From: Bacteroidota bacterium
Lineage (GTDB): Bacteria > Bacteroidota > Bacteroidia > Chitinophagales > UBA10324
DNA length: 64,000 nucleotides
NCBI GenBank assembly: GCA_018267315.1
Contig: JAFDYS010000037.1
Coordinates: forward strand, 6,107 to 70,106
Direction: 5' to 3'
This document shows, piece after piece, positions 28,670 to 38,924 of the stretch. A program made the translations under genes and the position numbers. Positions within the stretch are counted from its first letter, which is position 1. Each line of letters starts with the position of its first letter. The notes under the pieces were generated by a model. The model was not told the origin of the DNA, ran no database searches, and worked only from the letters and a program-made list of their open reading frames with translations.

Positions 28670-28702
28670 CCGCCGCATTTTCTAACCTAAATTTCAAAAC
28701 GA

Positions 28703-28906
28703 ATGAAAAAAGTGTTTTATGTTCTCTTCGCATCCGCAGCCCTTTCAATTGTTGCCTGCAAATCCGGTGGTAACAAAACGGAAGCGGTTGACAGCACCGA
28801 AGTGAGCAACATGGCTAATGAAGCCCAGAATGCAGTGTCTACCGTTACGGATTCTGCCGCAATGAAGGCAGATACTGCCATGGCTGACACAGCTAAAAAG
28901 ATGTAA
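28703..28906 (+). CDS. Small lipoprotein, function unknown
   Basis: 67 aa. Signal plus lipobox LSIVAC, then a low-complexity Ala/Thr/Asp-rich mature part. Confidence 0.5.
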   Translation: MKKVFYVLFASAALSIVACKSGGNKTEAVDSTEVSNMANEAQNAVSTVTDSAAMKADTAMADTAKKM

Positions 28907-28977
28907 GAACCCTCAGAAAGGGTAAACCCGGATCCGTTTATCCTTTTATAGTTACGAGGCTGTACAACTTCATCGTT

Positions 28978-29005
28978 AAGCCCCCTTCATCGGGGGCTTT
29001 TCATT
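28978..29005. terminator. Hairpin terminator between convergent genes
   Basis: Stem AAGCCCCC/GGGGGCTT with loop TTCATC, followed by TTCATTTT on the + strand. Confidence 0.65.
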
Positions 29006-29016
29006 TTAACATATCG

Positions 29017-30447
29017 CTACTCGAAATGAAACCTGAGCAGCGAAAGCGTGATAGAAACGGTAGGGCGATCTTGTTTTATCCATGAAATGATATCTCCCGT
29101 TCCTATGCTGAACTGCCAAATCTGGTAGGGGAAGAGACTGAATGAAACGCCGGCGGGGATATCAAAATCAGTTAGTCCGCCTCCCTTAAAGCCGGCAGAA
29201 ATCTTCACATTCTTAGAAGGTGAGAATCCAACCAGTGCCGCGAGATAGGTTTTCTCCAGGTTTCCGGGCGCCTTATTAAACGGCTGAATCAAGTCGGCAG
29301 CCAGGTCAAGTTGTTTGGTCAAATGCAATCCACCTCCAATATGAAGCATCGTTGGTAATGCCACTTTCTTTTCAGATGCAGGGAGATACTGAAAAAGCCC
29401 CTGGGCATTAAACAGCTGATCAATGTCACTGAAGATGGTGGCGGCATTGATGCCGATGTAATTGACGAGACTGTCCTGCAAAGCATCGGTCACCGTAACC
29501 AGGTTTCCAGTGTATTTGATGGCCCCGATGTCGGTAACCGAAATGGCGGCAAAGAGTTTTTCTGAAACAGCCAGCGTGGCTCCCAAATCGAAACCCATTC
29601 CACTCCCTACCGGTGTTAATCGGCCAGCAAGCTGAACATTGGGATCAGTAATGTTTGCATAGTTGATGTCGAACAAACTGGAAAATGCAGCAAAACCGCT
29701 GACGCTGTCACTGTCAAAAGTGATGTCAGCCGTTGCGTTGCTTTGAAGGAATTTCACACTTCCGCCCGCAAATAAACTCAATGCTTTGTTGCCGAAAACG
29801 CTGCGGCCGAAACTCAGGTTGTATTCGCGCAGCCAATTGAATTTTACCTGCGAACCATTGAACAGATCTGCCACATTTGTATTCTCGTCCACGAGTCCGA
29901 TTTGATTACCGATCACATCAATGATAATAGTGTCAATGTAATCTGAGTTGATGCCATTGAACACAATGTCAGCGAGTGGGGTAGTGAAAATTGTGGTGCC
30001 ACTGAATCGCTCACGCCATTTAAACCCCAAGCCGCCGAATTTGGGAAATTGAACAGATAAGCTCACGGGTACTATTTCGGCCGTATATGAGTTGCCAGTT
30101 TCTAAAAAAAGCCGGGCAATGGATTCTTGTTCTTCTGCCGACAATGGATTGCGGCCAAACAATGAAGAAAGCACTTGCGATTTGGGCAATGCATCGGAAT
30201 AGAACAGTCCATAAGAATCAAAGAACCCGAGGTTAACCTTGGTTACTCCGTCTTCAGCGTAAATACCCAGGTTTGCGGGATTCACACCTATTGATTGGTA
30301 GTCCCGAAACAGGCATGAGCCGGCACCGTCATTCCATCCGCCATAGCTCATCATGCTGTTTTCATTCGCCAACTGGCCGTAGCTGCTGCTTAATATGATG
30401 CTATTCAGAATAGCACCTAGCAGTGCATGGAGGGCAATTCTATTCAT
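29017..30447 (-). CDS. Predicted outer-membrane protein of unknown function (DUF5723-like)
   Basis: Signal peptide after MNRIALHALLGAILNS (the ORF extends to 30519). Beta-rich composition with a C-terminal aromatic-rich end (LSLLRFHFE). Family assignment is tentative. Confidence 0.55.
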   Translation of the reverse strand: MNRIALHALLGAILNSIILSSSYGQLANENSMMSYGGWNDGAGSCLFRDYQSIGVNPANLGIYAEDGVTKVNLGFFDSYGLFYSDALPKSQVLSSLFGRNPLSAEEQESIARLFLETGNSYTAEIVPVSLSVQFPKFGGLGFKWRERFSGTTIFTTPLADIVFNGINSDYIDTIIIDVIGNQIGLVDENTNVADLFNGSQVKFNWLREYNLSFGRSVFGNKALSLFAGGSVKFLQSNATADITFDSDSVSGFAAFSSLFDINYANITDPNVQLAGRLTPVGSGMGFDLGATLAVSEKLFAAISVTDIGAIKYTGNLVTVTDALQDSLVNYIGINAATIFSDIDQLFNAQGLFQYLPASEKKVALPTMLHIGGGLHLTKQLDLAADLIQPFNKAPGNLEKTYLAALVGFSPSKNVKISAGFKGGGLTDFDIPAGVSFSLFPYQIWQFSIGTGDIISWIKQDRPTVSITLSLLRFHFE

Positions 30448-30582
30448 GGAAAAATGTGGGGTTGAATGTACAGATAAGACAATTTGTTTAATGAACTGAC
30501 CTTTTTCACCAATGCACAATCCGCTGCCATCACAAGTTCAAGCCAAACAGATTTTGAAAAAAGTGATCATGAACTTCACGGG

Positions 30583-30590
30583 TAGATTTG
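30583..30590 (+). promoter_or_regulatory. -7 promoter box (TAnnTTTG)
   Basis: TAGATTTG lies 20 nt upstream of the ATG at 30610. Confidence 0.4.
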
Positions 30591-30609
30591 TAGTAGTTTT
30601 GGCTCAGTT

Positions 30610-31068
30610 ATGAAGCGGTTCATCATATTGCTTGCTGCGGTTGCCACAATGTTCACCCTTTCGTGCAATAATACAGAGGTACCTGTTGTGTATATTCAGA
30701 ACAATTATGTGAACCCCTATGCCGGTACGTATCACGGGCTGTTCACAGAAGATTATAACGGTGTGGATTCAGATGGAGTATTCAAGGGTGCCGACTCTTT
30801 TGAATACGATATGGTAGTCACTGATCAGGGGGTAAATGAAATCAAGATTGAGAAGGGAAGCTATGTGTTTGATCATTTGCCTGTTGATTCCAACGGATAC
30901 TTTTCAACGGATAGCCCGTATGTATCCTCAGACAGTTTGAATTATTCGCTCAACGGCCAATTCCGAAACGACAGTTTATATATCGATTACAAAGCCATTA
31001 ATGGGGGATATAATCCCGATTGGTTTTCAATTGTCCATCTCACATTCAGGGGAAAGAAAACTTATTGA
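30610..31068 (+). CDS. Lipoprotein, function unknown
   Basis: 152 aa with signal plus lipobox MFTLSC. No recognisable motif. Confidence 0.55.
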   Translation: MKRFIILLAAVATMFTLSCNNTEVPVVYIQNNYVNPYAGTYHGLFTEDYNGVDSDGVFKGADSFEYDMVVTDQGVNEIKIEKGSYVFDHLPVDSNGYFSTDSPYVSSDSLNYSLNGQFRNDSLYIDYKAINGGYNPDWFSIVHLTFRGKKTY

Positions 31069-31087
31069 TAAGCGGACAATGCGGGAC

Positions 31088-32728
31088 TTATTTCTTCGCC
31101 CGCTGACTTGCTGAACCGTTAAACGCCGTCACTTCTTTTTTCATTGACTGCATGGCAGCCCGAATCACCGGGTCTTCATCATTCACAACCGGGTAGAAGG
31201 AATCAGAAGAGAATTTTTCCCGCGCAAAAAATGCTTTGATCCGCAATTCGATGAAATGGCGGGCGCGGTTTACTTCTTCTTCATTTCCTTTCACATTGTT
31301 CTTTGCGGCGTAATTCATAAATGCGTTGAAGACATCGCCCGGCACCTGATAGTTTTTCCGGTAATCATTGATGGAACTGAAAGCGGAAAGCATCGCTGCA
31401 TGATCGTGATACCAGGAATAGGAAAATTGCTGGATCAGTCCCTGGTTCAATACGGCATTTAGAAATTCATTTCCATTATTGGATGTATCGAGCGGAACAA
31501 ATACATCGGGCATAATTCCGCCGCCGCCATACACCACGCGGCCTTGGGAGGTGTAGTATTTTACAGTATCGCTCAGGTGAACACTGTCCGCATTCAGCAC
31601 CTCTCCATCATGATAGCGGTTAACTACCTCGCCGTAATAATTGCTGATGTTGTGATCGTAAGGTTTCTGTATGCACCTGCCGGAGGGCGTGTAATACTTC
31701 GCCACCGTAAGCCGCAAAGCCGAGCCGTCACTCAATCCATATTGCTCCTGCACCAGGCCCTTGCCGAAAGAGCGGCGACCGACAATCACGGCGCGGTCCC
31801 AATCCTGCATGGCGCCTGCTACAATTTCGCTGGCCGATGCCGAACCTTCATCAATCAGCACGGCAAGCGGTCCTTCTTCATACTCACCCAGCACACGTGT
31901 TTTGTAGTCGAGACGCGAGTACACTCTTCCTTTGGTGTACACCATGAGTTTCTGCTGATCAAGCAATTCATCAGTAATGTCAGTGGCCGCGTTTAGTAAG
32001 CCGCCGCCGTTTTGGCGAAGATCAAGCACCAGTTCTTTCATTCCCTCCAGTTTCAACTTCTTCACCGCACTGATGAATTCATCGTATGTGGTTTCGCTGA
32101 AGCGGTTGATCTTAACATAGCCGGTTTTATCATCAATCATGTAAGAAGCATCAATGCTGTACATCGGAATTTTGTCGCGCGTGATCGTGAAGGATAAAAC
32201 TTTCTGAACGCCCCGACGCTTGATTCCTACAGTGACCTTGCTTCCTTTGGGTCCGCGCAGGTGATTCACCACATCGATGTCCTGAATGTGCCCGCCGGTG
32301 AATGAAGTATCGTTGATGGTGATGATTTTGTCGCCTGCCTGAAGACCTACTTGCTCCGCCGGCCCGCCGCTAATAACATTGACAACCGTAATGGTATCTG
32401 CCACCAGGAAAAACTCAATACCGATGCCTTCAAAATTTCCTTCGAGTTCCTGGTTCACATTCTTGAGATCACTGGCGGGAATGAATGTACTGTGCGGATC
32501 CAGATGCTCAAGAATATCGCCGATGGCCCCTTCTTCAAGCTGTCCCACATTCACCGTATCCACGTATTTTGCCTGCACGTAATCCAGCACCTCCTCCATG
32601 GTGTTGAGTTTGCTGCCAGCGAAAAGCGCTGTTTGTTTTGAATTTCTCAGCAGCAATCCGATTTGAATACCCAGCGCCATCACCAATGCCATCATCAGCG
32701 GAAGCCAAATAGCCAGTCTTCTGTTCAT
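31088..32728 (-). CDS. S41-family C-terminal processing peptidase with PDZ domain
   Basis: N-terminal TM helix. PDZ-like segment GGPAEQVGLQAGDKIITIN. Catalytic motifs GSASASEIVAGA and RRSFGKGLVQ. Confidence 0.88.
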   Translation of the reverse strand: MNRRLAIWLPLMMALVMALGIQIGLLLRNSKQTALFAGSKLNTMEEVLDYVQAKYVDTVNVGQLEEGAIGDILEHLDPHSTFIPASDLKNVNQELEGNFEGIGIEFFLVADTITVVNVISGGPAEQVGLQAGDKIITINDTSFTGGHIQDIDVVNHLRGPKGSKVTVGIKRRGVQKVLSFTITRDKIPMYSIDASYMIDDKTGYVKINRFSETTYDEFISAVKKLKLEGMKELVLDLRQNGGGLLNAATDITDELLDQQKLMVYTKGRVYSRLDYKTRVLGEYEEGPLAVLIDEGSASASEIVAGAMQDWDRAVIVGRRSFGKGLVQEQYGLSDGSALRLTVAKYYTPSGRCIQKPYDHNISNYYGEVVNRYHDGEVLNADSVHLSDTVKYYTSQGRVVYGGGGIMPDVFVPLDTSNNGNEFLNAVLNQGLIQQFSYSWYHDHAAMLSAFSSINDYRKNYQVPGDVFNAFMNYAAKNNVKGNEEEVNRARHFIELRIKAFFAREKFSSDSFYPVVNDEDPVIRAAMQSMKKEVTAFNGSASQRAKK

Positions 32729-32820
32729 CCTTTAAAAAAATGGTTTGCAAATAAACGAAGGAAACACCACTTGCGTTCAAACCCACTTCATTCATAAAGG
32801 CGCACTACCTTCGGCTCAAT

Positions 32821-33642
32821 ATGTCAACGTTCAGAAAAACTACGGAAGAGAGTTCCGCCTATTCGCGGCTGGAACAAATGAGTGTGAATGAACTGCTCGT
32901 GACTATTAACCGCGAGGATAAAAAGGTGCCCGAGGCGATTGAGAAAGTGATTCCTTCCATTAGCAGACTGGTAGAAGCGATTGTGATGAAAATGGAAGCA
33001 GGAGGAAAACTTTTTTACCTGGGTTCGGGAACCAGTGGCCGCCTCGGCATTGTGGATGCTTCAGAATTACCACCCACATTTGGTGCACCGCACGGTTGGG
33101 TGATCGGATTGATAGCAGGTGGTGATGCCGCCATCAGAAGAGCGCAGGAATTTGCAGAAGACGATATCGAACAGGGCTGGAAAGACTTATGCGAGCATGA
33201 TGTTTCTTCAAATGACGTAGTCATTGGAATCACGGCCTCCGGCACTACCCCCTATGTAGTTGGCGCCATCAGGCGATGCAGGGAAAATGGAATTACAACC
33301 GGATGCATTACATGTAACTCAGGGAGCGAATTAGCGGCAGTTGCTGAATATCCGATTGAGGTGGTGGTGGGTCCTGAATTCGTGACGGGCAGCACGCGCA
33401 TGAAAGCGGGCACGGCGCAGAAGCTGGTGCTGAACATGATCAGCACCTCGGTGATGATCCGGCTTGGCAGGGTGATAGACAACAAAATGGTGGACATGCA
33501 ACTAACGAATGAAAAACTGATTGACCGCGGCGCTAAAATGCTCATGAAAACCTTTGCATGGGATTACAAGCGCGCCCGACACATTCTGCTGGAATTTGGC
33601 AGTGTGAGGAAGGTGCTCGATGCTCACAAGAAAAAAATATAG
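32821..33642 (+). CDS. murQ: N-acetylmuramic acid 6-phosphate etherase
   Basis: SIS domain GSGTSGRLG, LPPTFG, GITASGTTPYV, GSTRMKAGTAQK. 273 aa. Confidence 0.88.
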   Translation: MSTFRKTTEESSAYSRLEQMSVNELLVTINREDKKVPEAIEKVIPSISRLVEAIVMKMEAGGKLFYLGSGTSGRLGIVDASELPPTFGAPHGWVIGLIAGGDAAIRRAQEFAEDDIEQGWKDLCEHDVSSNDVVIGITASGTTPYVVGAIRRCRENGITTGCITCNSGSELAAVAEYPIEVVVGPEFVTGSTRMKAGTAQKLVLNMISTSVMIRLGRVIDNKMVDMQLTNEKLIDRGAKMLMKTFAWDYKRARHILLEFGSVRKVLDAHKKKI

Positions 33643-33739
33643 TCACCGAAAAAATTACTGATCGCAGTAGTTGAATTATTTACGAACATTGCATCCATGA
33701 GCGCCATGCACACGTTATACGGGAGAATGAGATTAGATC

Positions 33740-34312
33740 ATGCACGAGATTGAACCATATTACAACTGGCGTGATATCTATGTATCAGAGCAAGATGAAT
33801 TGTCGCCGTTCTACGGCCGCGAGTACAGCGAATTCGAATTTTCGAACACGATTTACAACTTCTACATCCATCCGCAGTGGGATTACTTCGGCTCGCCCAC
33901 GCTCTACCTGAAAATACTTTTTGCCGATTACAAACACCACTTTGTGGTAGTGGAACTGATTGGTGAATGGAATGATGCCATTAACAATGACATCATGTTC
34001 CTCAAGCGGGAAGTGATTGATCCGTTCCTACGTGAAGGAATTTTCAAGTTCATCCTCATCGGCGAAAATGTTCTCAACTTTCATGAGTCGGATGACTGCT
34101 ACTACGAAGAGTGGTATGAAGATGTGCAGGAAGCCGGTGGCTGGATTGCACTTATCAATTTCCGCGACCATGTGCTGAAGGAGATGAAACAAGTACACCT
34201 GGAGCGCTATCTGCTTTGCGGTGAACAGTTTGCTGATGTGAACTGGCGCTCGGTAAAGCCATTCCATTTTCACCACCTGATTGAGAGCCGCATGTTGCCT
34301 CAGTCTGCCTGA
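33740..34312 (+). CDS. Conserved-looking cytoplasmic hypothetical protein
   Basis: 190-aa ORF with no signal peptide and normal composition. No motif recognised. Confidence 0.5.
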   Translation: MHEIEPYYNWRDIYVSEQDELSPFYGREYSEFEFSNTIYNFYIHPQWDYFGSPTLYLKILFADYKHHFVVVELIGEWNDAINNDIMFLKREVIDPFLREGIFKFILIGENVLNFHESDDCYYEEWYEDVQEAGGWIALINFRDHVLKEMKQVHLERYLLCGEQFADVNWRSVKPFHFHHLIESRMLPQSA

Positions 34313-34396
34313 TTAATTTTCGACTTTTTAACGATTGCTTTGTGGCGCTTTTTGCCTGCTAATGGTTAACTTTAACGCTTTCAAATACCGGCTCTG

Positions 34397-36514
34397 ATGA
34401 GAAAAACACTGTTACTTCTCCTCCTTATTACGCTATTTCAATTTTCAAAGGCACAGCAGGTCATTCAGGCATGTTGCGATACTTTCATTTGCCTGCCCGG
34501 CAGTCCCGTGCAGCTTACTGCCGAGATTGACAGCGGCAATACCGGTGAGCTGCTTCAAATCCTCGATGATACATACAGCCAGGTGGTTGATCTTGGTTTC
34601 CCGTTCACTTTTTATGGAACTACCTATACACAGTGTGTGCTTTCGACCAATGCATACATCACTTTTGATCTAACGCAGGCGCTTCAATATTCACCGTGGC
34701 CCATTAATTATTCAGCCCCGTCACCGTTTAATCCCCTCAATTCTATTTACGGACCATGGCATGATGTGAATCCCGCCGTACCACCCTATGGCACCATGGG
34801 CTTCGGAAGTTTTGGAACCGCTCCGCACCGCTTCTTCATTTTCAATTTCTGCAGTGTGCCCATGTATCAGTGCACGGATACGTTATTCACCGGTCAGATC
34901 ATTCTCTTTGAAGACAGCAGCAAGATTGAAATTCATTTGGGTGAAAAACGGATTTGCCCTACCTGGAATGATGCCGCGGCGATTGAAGGAGTGGTGGATG
35001 CTACCGGCAATAATGCAGTTATAATTGACGGAAGAAACTATCCGGATGTGTGGACGGCCATTAATGATGCATACCGATTCACACCCAGTGGAAACAGCTA
35101 CACTTACGAAGCCATTCCGTATGCTCCTGTTCCATTTGCTGCCGGTGTTCCTCACTGGACTGATGTGGATGGTAACGATGTGGGAGATGGGTTTACCGTT
35201 ACGGTAAGTCCTACAGTGACTACTTCATATGTTGTAACAACAGCTTCCTGCGGATTCGCGGCAGATACGGTCACCATCACGGTAGGTGCTATACCGGTTG
35301 CATATGATTCCAAAGACCTCACCTGCCAGAATGCAAATAACGGAGCCATCTATGCGGACCCGACTGACAACTCGGGACCCTATACCTTCGTTTGGACTGA
35401 TGCGAGTAACGATACTATTGAAATCTATTCCGGACTATCCGATTCAGTGAATAATTTGCCGCCGGGTAACTACAGCGTGATTATTACCAACAATCTGGGT
35501 TGCACGGCATCTCACTCATTTACGGTGGGCTCGCCGGTATATGATGCCGCATTCAGTTATGCACCCGCATTGATTTGTGACGGAACACCGGTAACCTTCA
35601 GTAATCTTTCATTCGGAAGTATTCAGGGTTATAGCTGGAGTTTTGGGGACGGTTCAAGCAGTAATGAAACCAGCCCGTCGCATATTTATCCGGCCACGGG
35701 AGACTATAATGTTACGCTGGTGATTCAGCTTTCACCCACGTGTTTTGATACGGCTCAGCAAAGTGTTTCCATTCATCCTAACATTGTGGTGGATGCCTCA
35801 GTTTCTTCGCCGCCATATTGTGTAGGGCAGTCCATTGATTTCACCGACCTGTCAACCGGTAACCCGGCTAACTGGAACTGGAGTTTCGGAGATGGGGCAA
35901 CATCTGATGTACAGAATCCGTCTCACGTTTATTCTTCAGAAGGTGTTTATAAGGTGTATGTGAACATTGCAGATCAATTCTGCGGCAGCGGTGCTGATTC
36001 ATTTGTCCTGGATCTTTATGCCATACCTGATCCAAAACTTCGGGAAGACACCGTGTTGTGCGGCGGCGAAATTCAATTGCTTACTTCCAATGCAGATGGT
36101 ACTTCTTATACCTGGTCTACCGGTGAAACAACTCCGGACATTACCTATGTAATGCCGAATGAAGATGCCACCGTGTGGGTGAAAGTGGATAATAACGGAT
36201 GTGCCGGCTATGACAGTGTGTTCTTCAAGAACCATTGTGTGATTGTTGTGCCTACCGCTTTCTCACCGAATGAAGACGGCAAGAATGACATCATTCGTCC
36301 GCTGGGCAGCACCGTCAATGATTTTGATTTTATCATCTACAACCGCTGGGGCGAAGAAGTCTTCAGGAAAAATTCAGGAGATATTCATGAAGGGTGGAAC
36401 GGAAAACTGGATGGTGACCCGCAACCGGTTGGGGTTTATGTGTATTACCTCACCGGGCATTTCATCAGCGGAGAAACATTTACATTGAAGGGAAATGTGA
36501 CACTGGTCAGGTAG
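34397..36514 (+). CDS. Secreted adhesin-like protein with PKD domains and a T9SS type-B (gliding-motility-associated) C-terminal domain
   Basis: Signal peptide. Two PKD-like modules (FSNLSFGSIQGYSWSFGDGSSSNETSPSHIY and FTDLSTGNPANWNWSFGDGATSDVQNPSHVY). The C-terminus VPTAFSPNEDGKNDIIRPLG...IYNRWGEEVF...GWNGK...PVGVYVYY is the type-B CTD signature. Confidence 0.85.
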   Translation: MRKTLLLLLLITLFQFSKAQQVIQACCDTFICLPGSPVQLTAEIDSGNTGELLQILDDTYSQVVDLGFPFTFYGTTYTQCVLSTNAYITFDLTQALQYSPWPINYSAPSPFNPLNSIYGPWHDVNPAVPPYGTMGFGSFGTAPHRFFIFNFCSVPMYQCTDTLFTGQIILFEDSSKIEIHLGEKRICPTWNDAAAIEGVVDATGNNAVIIDGRNYPDVWTAINDAYRFTPSGNSYTYEAIPYAPVPFAAGVPHWTDVDGNDVGDGFTVTVSPTVTTSYVVTTASCGFAADTVTITVGAIPVAYDSKDLTCQNANNGAIYADPTDNSGPYTFVWTDASNDTIEIYSGLSDSVNNLPPGNYSVIITNNLGCTASHSFTVGSPVYDAAFSYAPALICDGTPVTFSNLSFGSIQGYSWSFGDGSSSNETSPSHIYPATGDYNVTLVIQLSPTCFDTAQQSVSIHPNIVVDASVSSPPYCVGQSIDFTDLSTGNPANWNWSFGDGATSDVQNPSHVYSSEGVYKVYVNIADQFCGSGADSFVLDLYAIPDPKLREDTVLCGGEIQLLTSNADGTSYTWSTGETTPDITYVMPNEDATVWVKVDNNGCAGYDSVFFKNHCVIVVPTAFSPNEDGKNDIIRPLGSTVNDFDFIIYNRWGEEVFRKNSGDIHEGWNGKLDGDPQPVGVYVYYLTGHFISGETFTLKGNVTLVR

Positions 36515-37577
36515 CCAGCAGCGCTTTCACAATCTTTTCAGAAGCATCTCCTTTTCCATAGGGAGATGCTTTTGTTTTGAAGGGCTTCTCAATAAATGAA
36601 TGAAACGCTTTCAGAATTTTTTTCTCTTTCGTTCCGGCCAAACGGTTGATACCAAGGTCAACCAGTTCCACCCATTCGGTTTCTTCCCGGAGTGTGATGC
36701 AATGCTTATGAAAGAAGAATGCTTCTTTCTGCAAACCTCCGCTATCGGTGATGACCATTTTTGAGTGAGAGGTTAGTGTGAGCATGTCGAGATATCCAAC
36801 GGGCTCTATGAGATGTAGCGGGCAGGTGATGCCAAAACGGTCAAAGTTTTTCCGCGTTCTCGGATGCAGCGGCAATACCACAGGTATTGCTGAATGTATT
36901 TTGGTTAAAGCAGAAATGATTCTTTTCAATGTCGCTTCATCATCCGTATTCTCTTCGCGGTGAAGGGTGCAAAGCACAAAATCGCTGAACGGAATCCGTT
37001 TCAGAATATCAGAACTTCGTTGCGCCCGTTTTGCATAATAAAGTGCTGCATCATACATCACATCACCTGATCGGATAATGCAGCAATCCATGTGTTCATA
37101 GCCCTCGCGCTTCAGGTTTTGTTCGGCATCTTTGGTGGAGCAGAAGAGCAAATCGGAGATGCGGTCAGTAAGCACGCGGTTAATTTCTTCGGGCATCCGC
37201 ATGTTGAAACTGCGCATGCCCGCTTCCACATGTGCCACTTTCAGGTGAAGTTTTTTTGCCGCCAGTGCCCCTGCAATGGTAGAATTGGTATCACCATAAA
37301 CCATCACCGCATCGGGTAACTCTTTCAACAGCACTTCTTCTATTGCTTCGAGCATCCGCCCGGTCATGGCACCATGCTTCAGACTGTGAATGCCCAGATG
37401 ATAATCGGGTTGAGGGATTTCCAGTTCTTCAAAAAATATTTTTGACATGTTATCATCAAAGTGCTGACCGGTGTGAATGAGCACTTCCCGTACATCCTTC
37501 TTTTTACGAAGCACCCGGCTCACCGCTGCGGCTTTAATGAATTGCGGGCGTGCACCCACAATGGTGGCAATCTTCAT
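36507..37577 (-). CDS. wecB: UDP-N-acetylglucosamine 2-epimerase (non-hydrolysing)
   Basis: MKIATIVGARPQFIKAAAV, IHTGQHFD, GDTNST, DSGGLQKEA. Confidence 0.88.
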   Translation of the reverse strand: MKIATIVGARPQFIKAAAVSRVLRKKKDVREVLIHTGQHFDDNMSKIFFEELEIPQPDYHLGIHSLKHGAMTGRMLEAIEEVLLKELPDAVMVYGDTNSTIAGALAAKKLHLKVAHVEAGMRSFNMRMPEEINRVLTDRISDLLFCSTKDAEQNLKREGYEHMDCCIIRSGDVMYDAALYYAKRAQRSSDILKRIPFSDFVLCTLHREENTDDEATLKRIISALTKIHSAIPVVLPLHPRTRKNFDRFGITCPLHLIEPVGYLDMLTLTSHSKMVITDSGGLQKEAFFFHKHCITLREETEWVELVDLGINRLAGTKEKKILKAFHSFIEKPFKTKASPYGKGDASEKIVKALLAT

Positions 37578-37680
37578 GGCGTGATGTTATTGTGATGACG
37601 TAAATATTGCTCTAAATTTTTTCTTGCATCCACAGGGCATCCTGATTTCTCAGAACCTTCGGCAGTAACTTACAACCGGT

Positions 37681-38859
37681 ATGGATCAACACGGAGTTGC
37701 ATGGACAGAACTGAAGAATCAATTCTTCAGCCGGTATGCAACTTCATCAACACTGCCTGATGTGTTTTTCGCCCCGGGAAGAATAAATATACTGGGTGAG
37801 CATCTCGATTACAACGGCGGTTATGTATTGCCATGTGCATTGGGCCTTGGCACGTTCCTGGCCATTCGCCGGCGAAAGGACAAGCGCGTAATCATGGCTT
37901 CTGCCGGCTACAATGAAATTTTTGAAAGCGAACTGGGACATCTCCCCGGTAAATCATCAAACTACTGGTGGAACTATCCGCTGGGCGTCATGCATGAACT
38001 GCATTTGAATGAAAGCGACAATCAGGGAGTTGAGATGCAGTTTGCCAGCAATCTTCCAACCGGTGTGGGACTTTCTTCCTCCGCATCCATTGAAGTGGTT
38101 ACGGCCTTTGCCATGAATAAGATTTTAGAAAAAGCATTGTCACTGCAGGAACTGGCTTTGTTATGCCGCCGGGCAGAAAATGATTTTGTGGGCGTGCAGT
38201 GTGGAATCATGGATCAATATGCAGTGATCTTCGGTAAGAAGGATCACGCCATCTTTTTTGATACGAAGCATCTCGTCCATGAGTTGGTTCCGGTTCATTT
38301 AGGAGACTATTTGTTCCTTATTTTAGACACCAACACACGCAGGCAACTTGAATCAACGGCATTCAACGAGCGATACCAAGAATGTAGGGCTGCCTTGAAA
38401 ACCATGCAGCGTCTCCTCAACGTACAGGAGATTGCTGATGCATCGCCTGAAGCATTTGAAGAAATGGAAAACTGGTTTCCGGATGAGTCAGCCAGAAAAA
38501 GGGCCAGGCATATCGTTTTTGAAAATGAGCGGGTAAAGCAGGGAGCGGCTGCTTTGCGCGATGGAAAGGTGGAGGAACTGGCCGGACTGATGAATGCTTC
38601 ACATGAGTCTGCGCGTGACAATTATGAGATCTCGTGTTTTGAGCTCGAGGCCCTTATTGGCGCGGCGCTGGCATCACCCGGTTGCCTGGCAGCAAGAATC
38701 AGCGGAGCCGGTTTCGGCGGTTGCACGCTCAACCTGGTGAACAAGATGAAAGCAGATGAGTTTATGCAGGAAACACGATCCCGTTACCGGAAAGCGACAG
38801 GCATCACCGCCATGTTTTATCCTGTTGAAATCGGTTCGGGCGTAAGCATGATAAAATGA
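37681..38859 (+). CDS. galK: Galactokinase
   Basis: Galactokinase signature GRINILGEHLDYNGG and GHMP motif PTGVGLSSSAS. Confidence 0.9.
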   Translation: MDQHGVAWTELKNQFFSRYATSSTLPDVFFAPGRINILGEHLDYNGGYVLPCALGLGTFLAIRRRKDKRVIMASAGYNEIFESELGHLPGKSSNYWWNYPLGVMHELHLNESDNQGVEMQFASNLPTGVGLSSSASIEVVTAFAMNKILEKALSLQELALLCRRAENDFVGVQCGIMDQYAVIFGKKDHAIFFDTKHLVHELVPVHLGDYLFLILDTNTRRQLESTAFNERYQECRAALKTMQRLLNVQEIADASPEAFEEMENWFPDESARKRARHIVFENERVKQGAAALRDGKVEELAGLMNASHESARDNYEISCFELEALIGAALASPGCLAARISGAGFGGCTLNLVNKMKADEFMQETRSRYRKATGITAMFYPVEIGSGVSMIK

Positions 38860-38924
38860 ACTTAAATGACTAAATTGCATTAAGTACTACTGGCGATATT
38901 AATATCAATTAAACCCATGCCGTT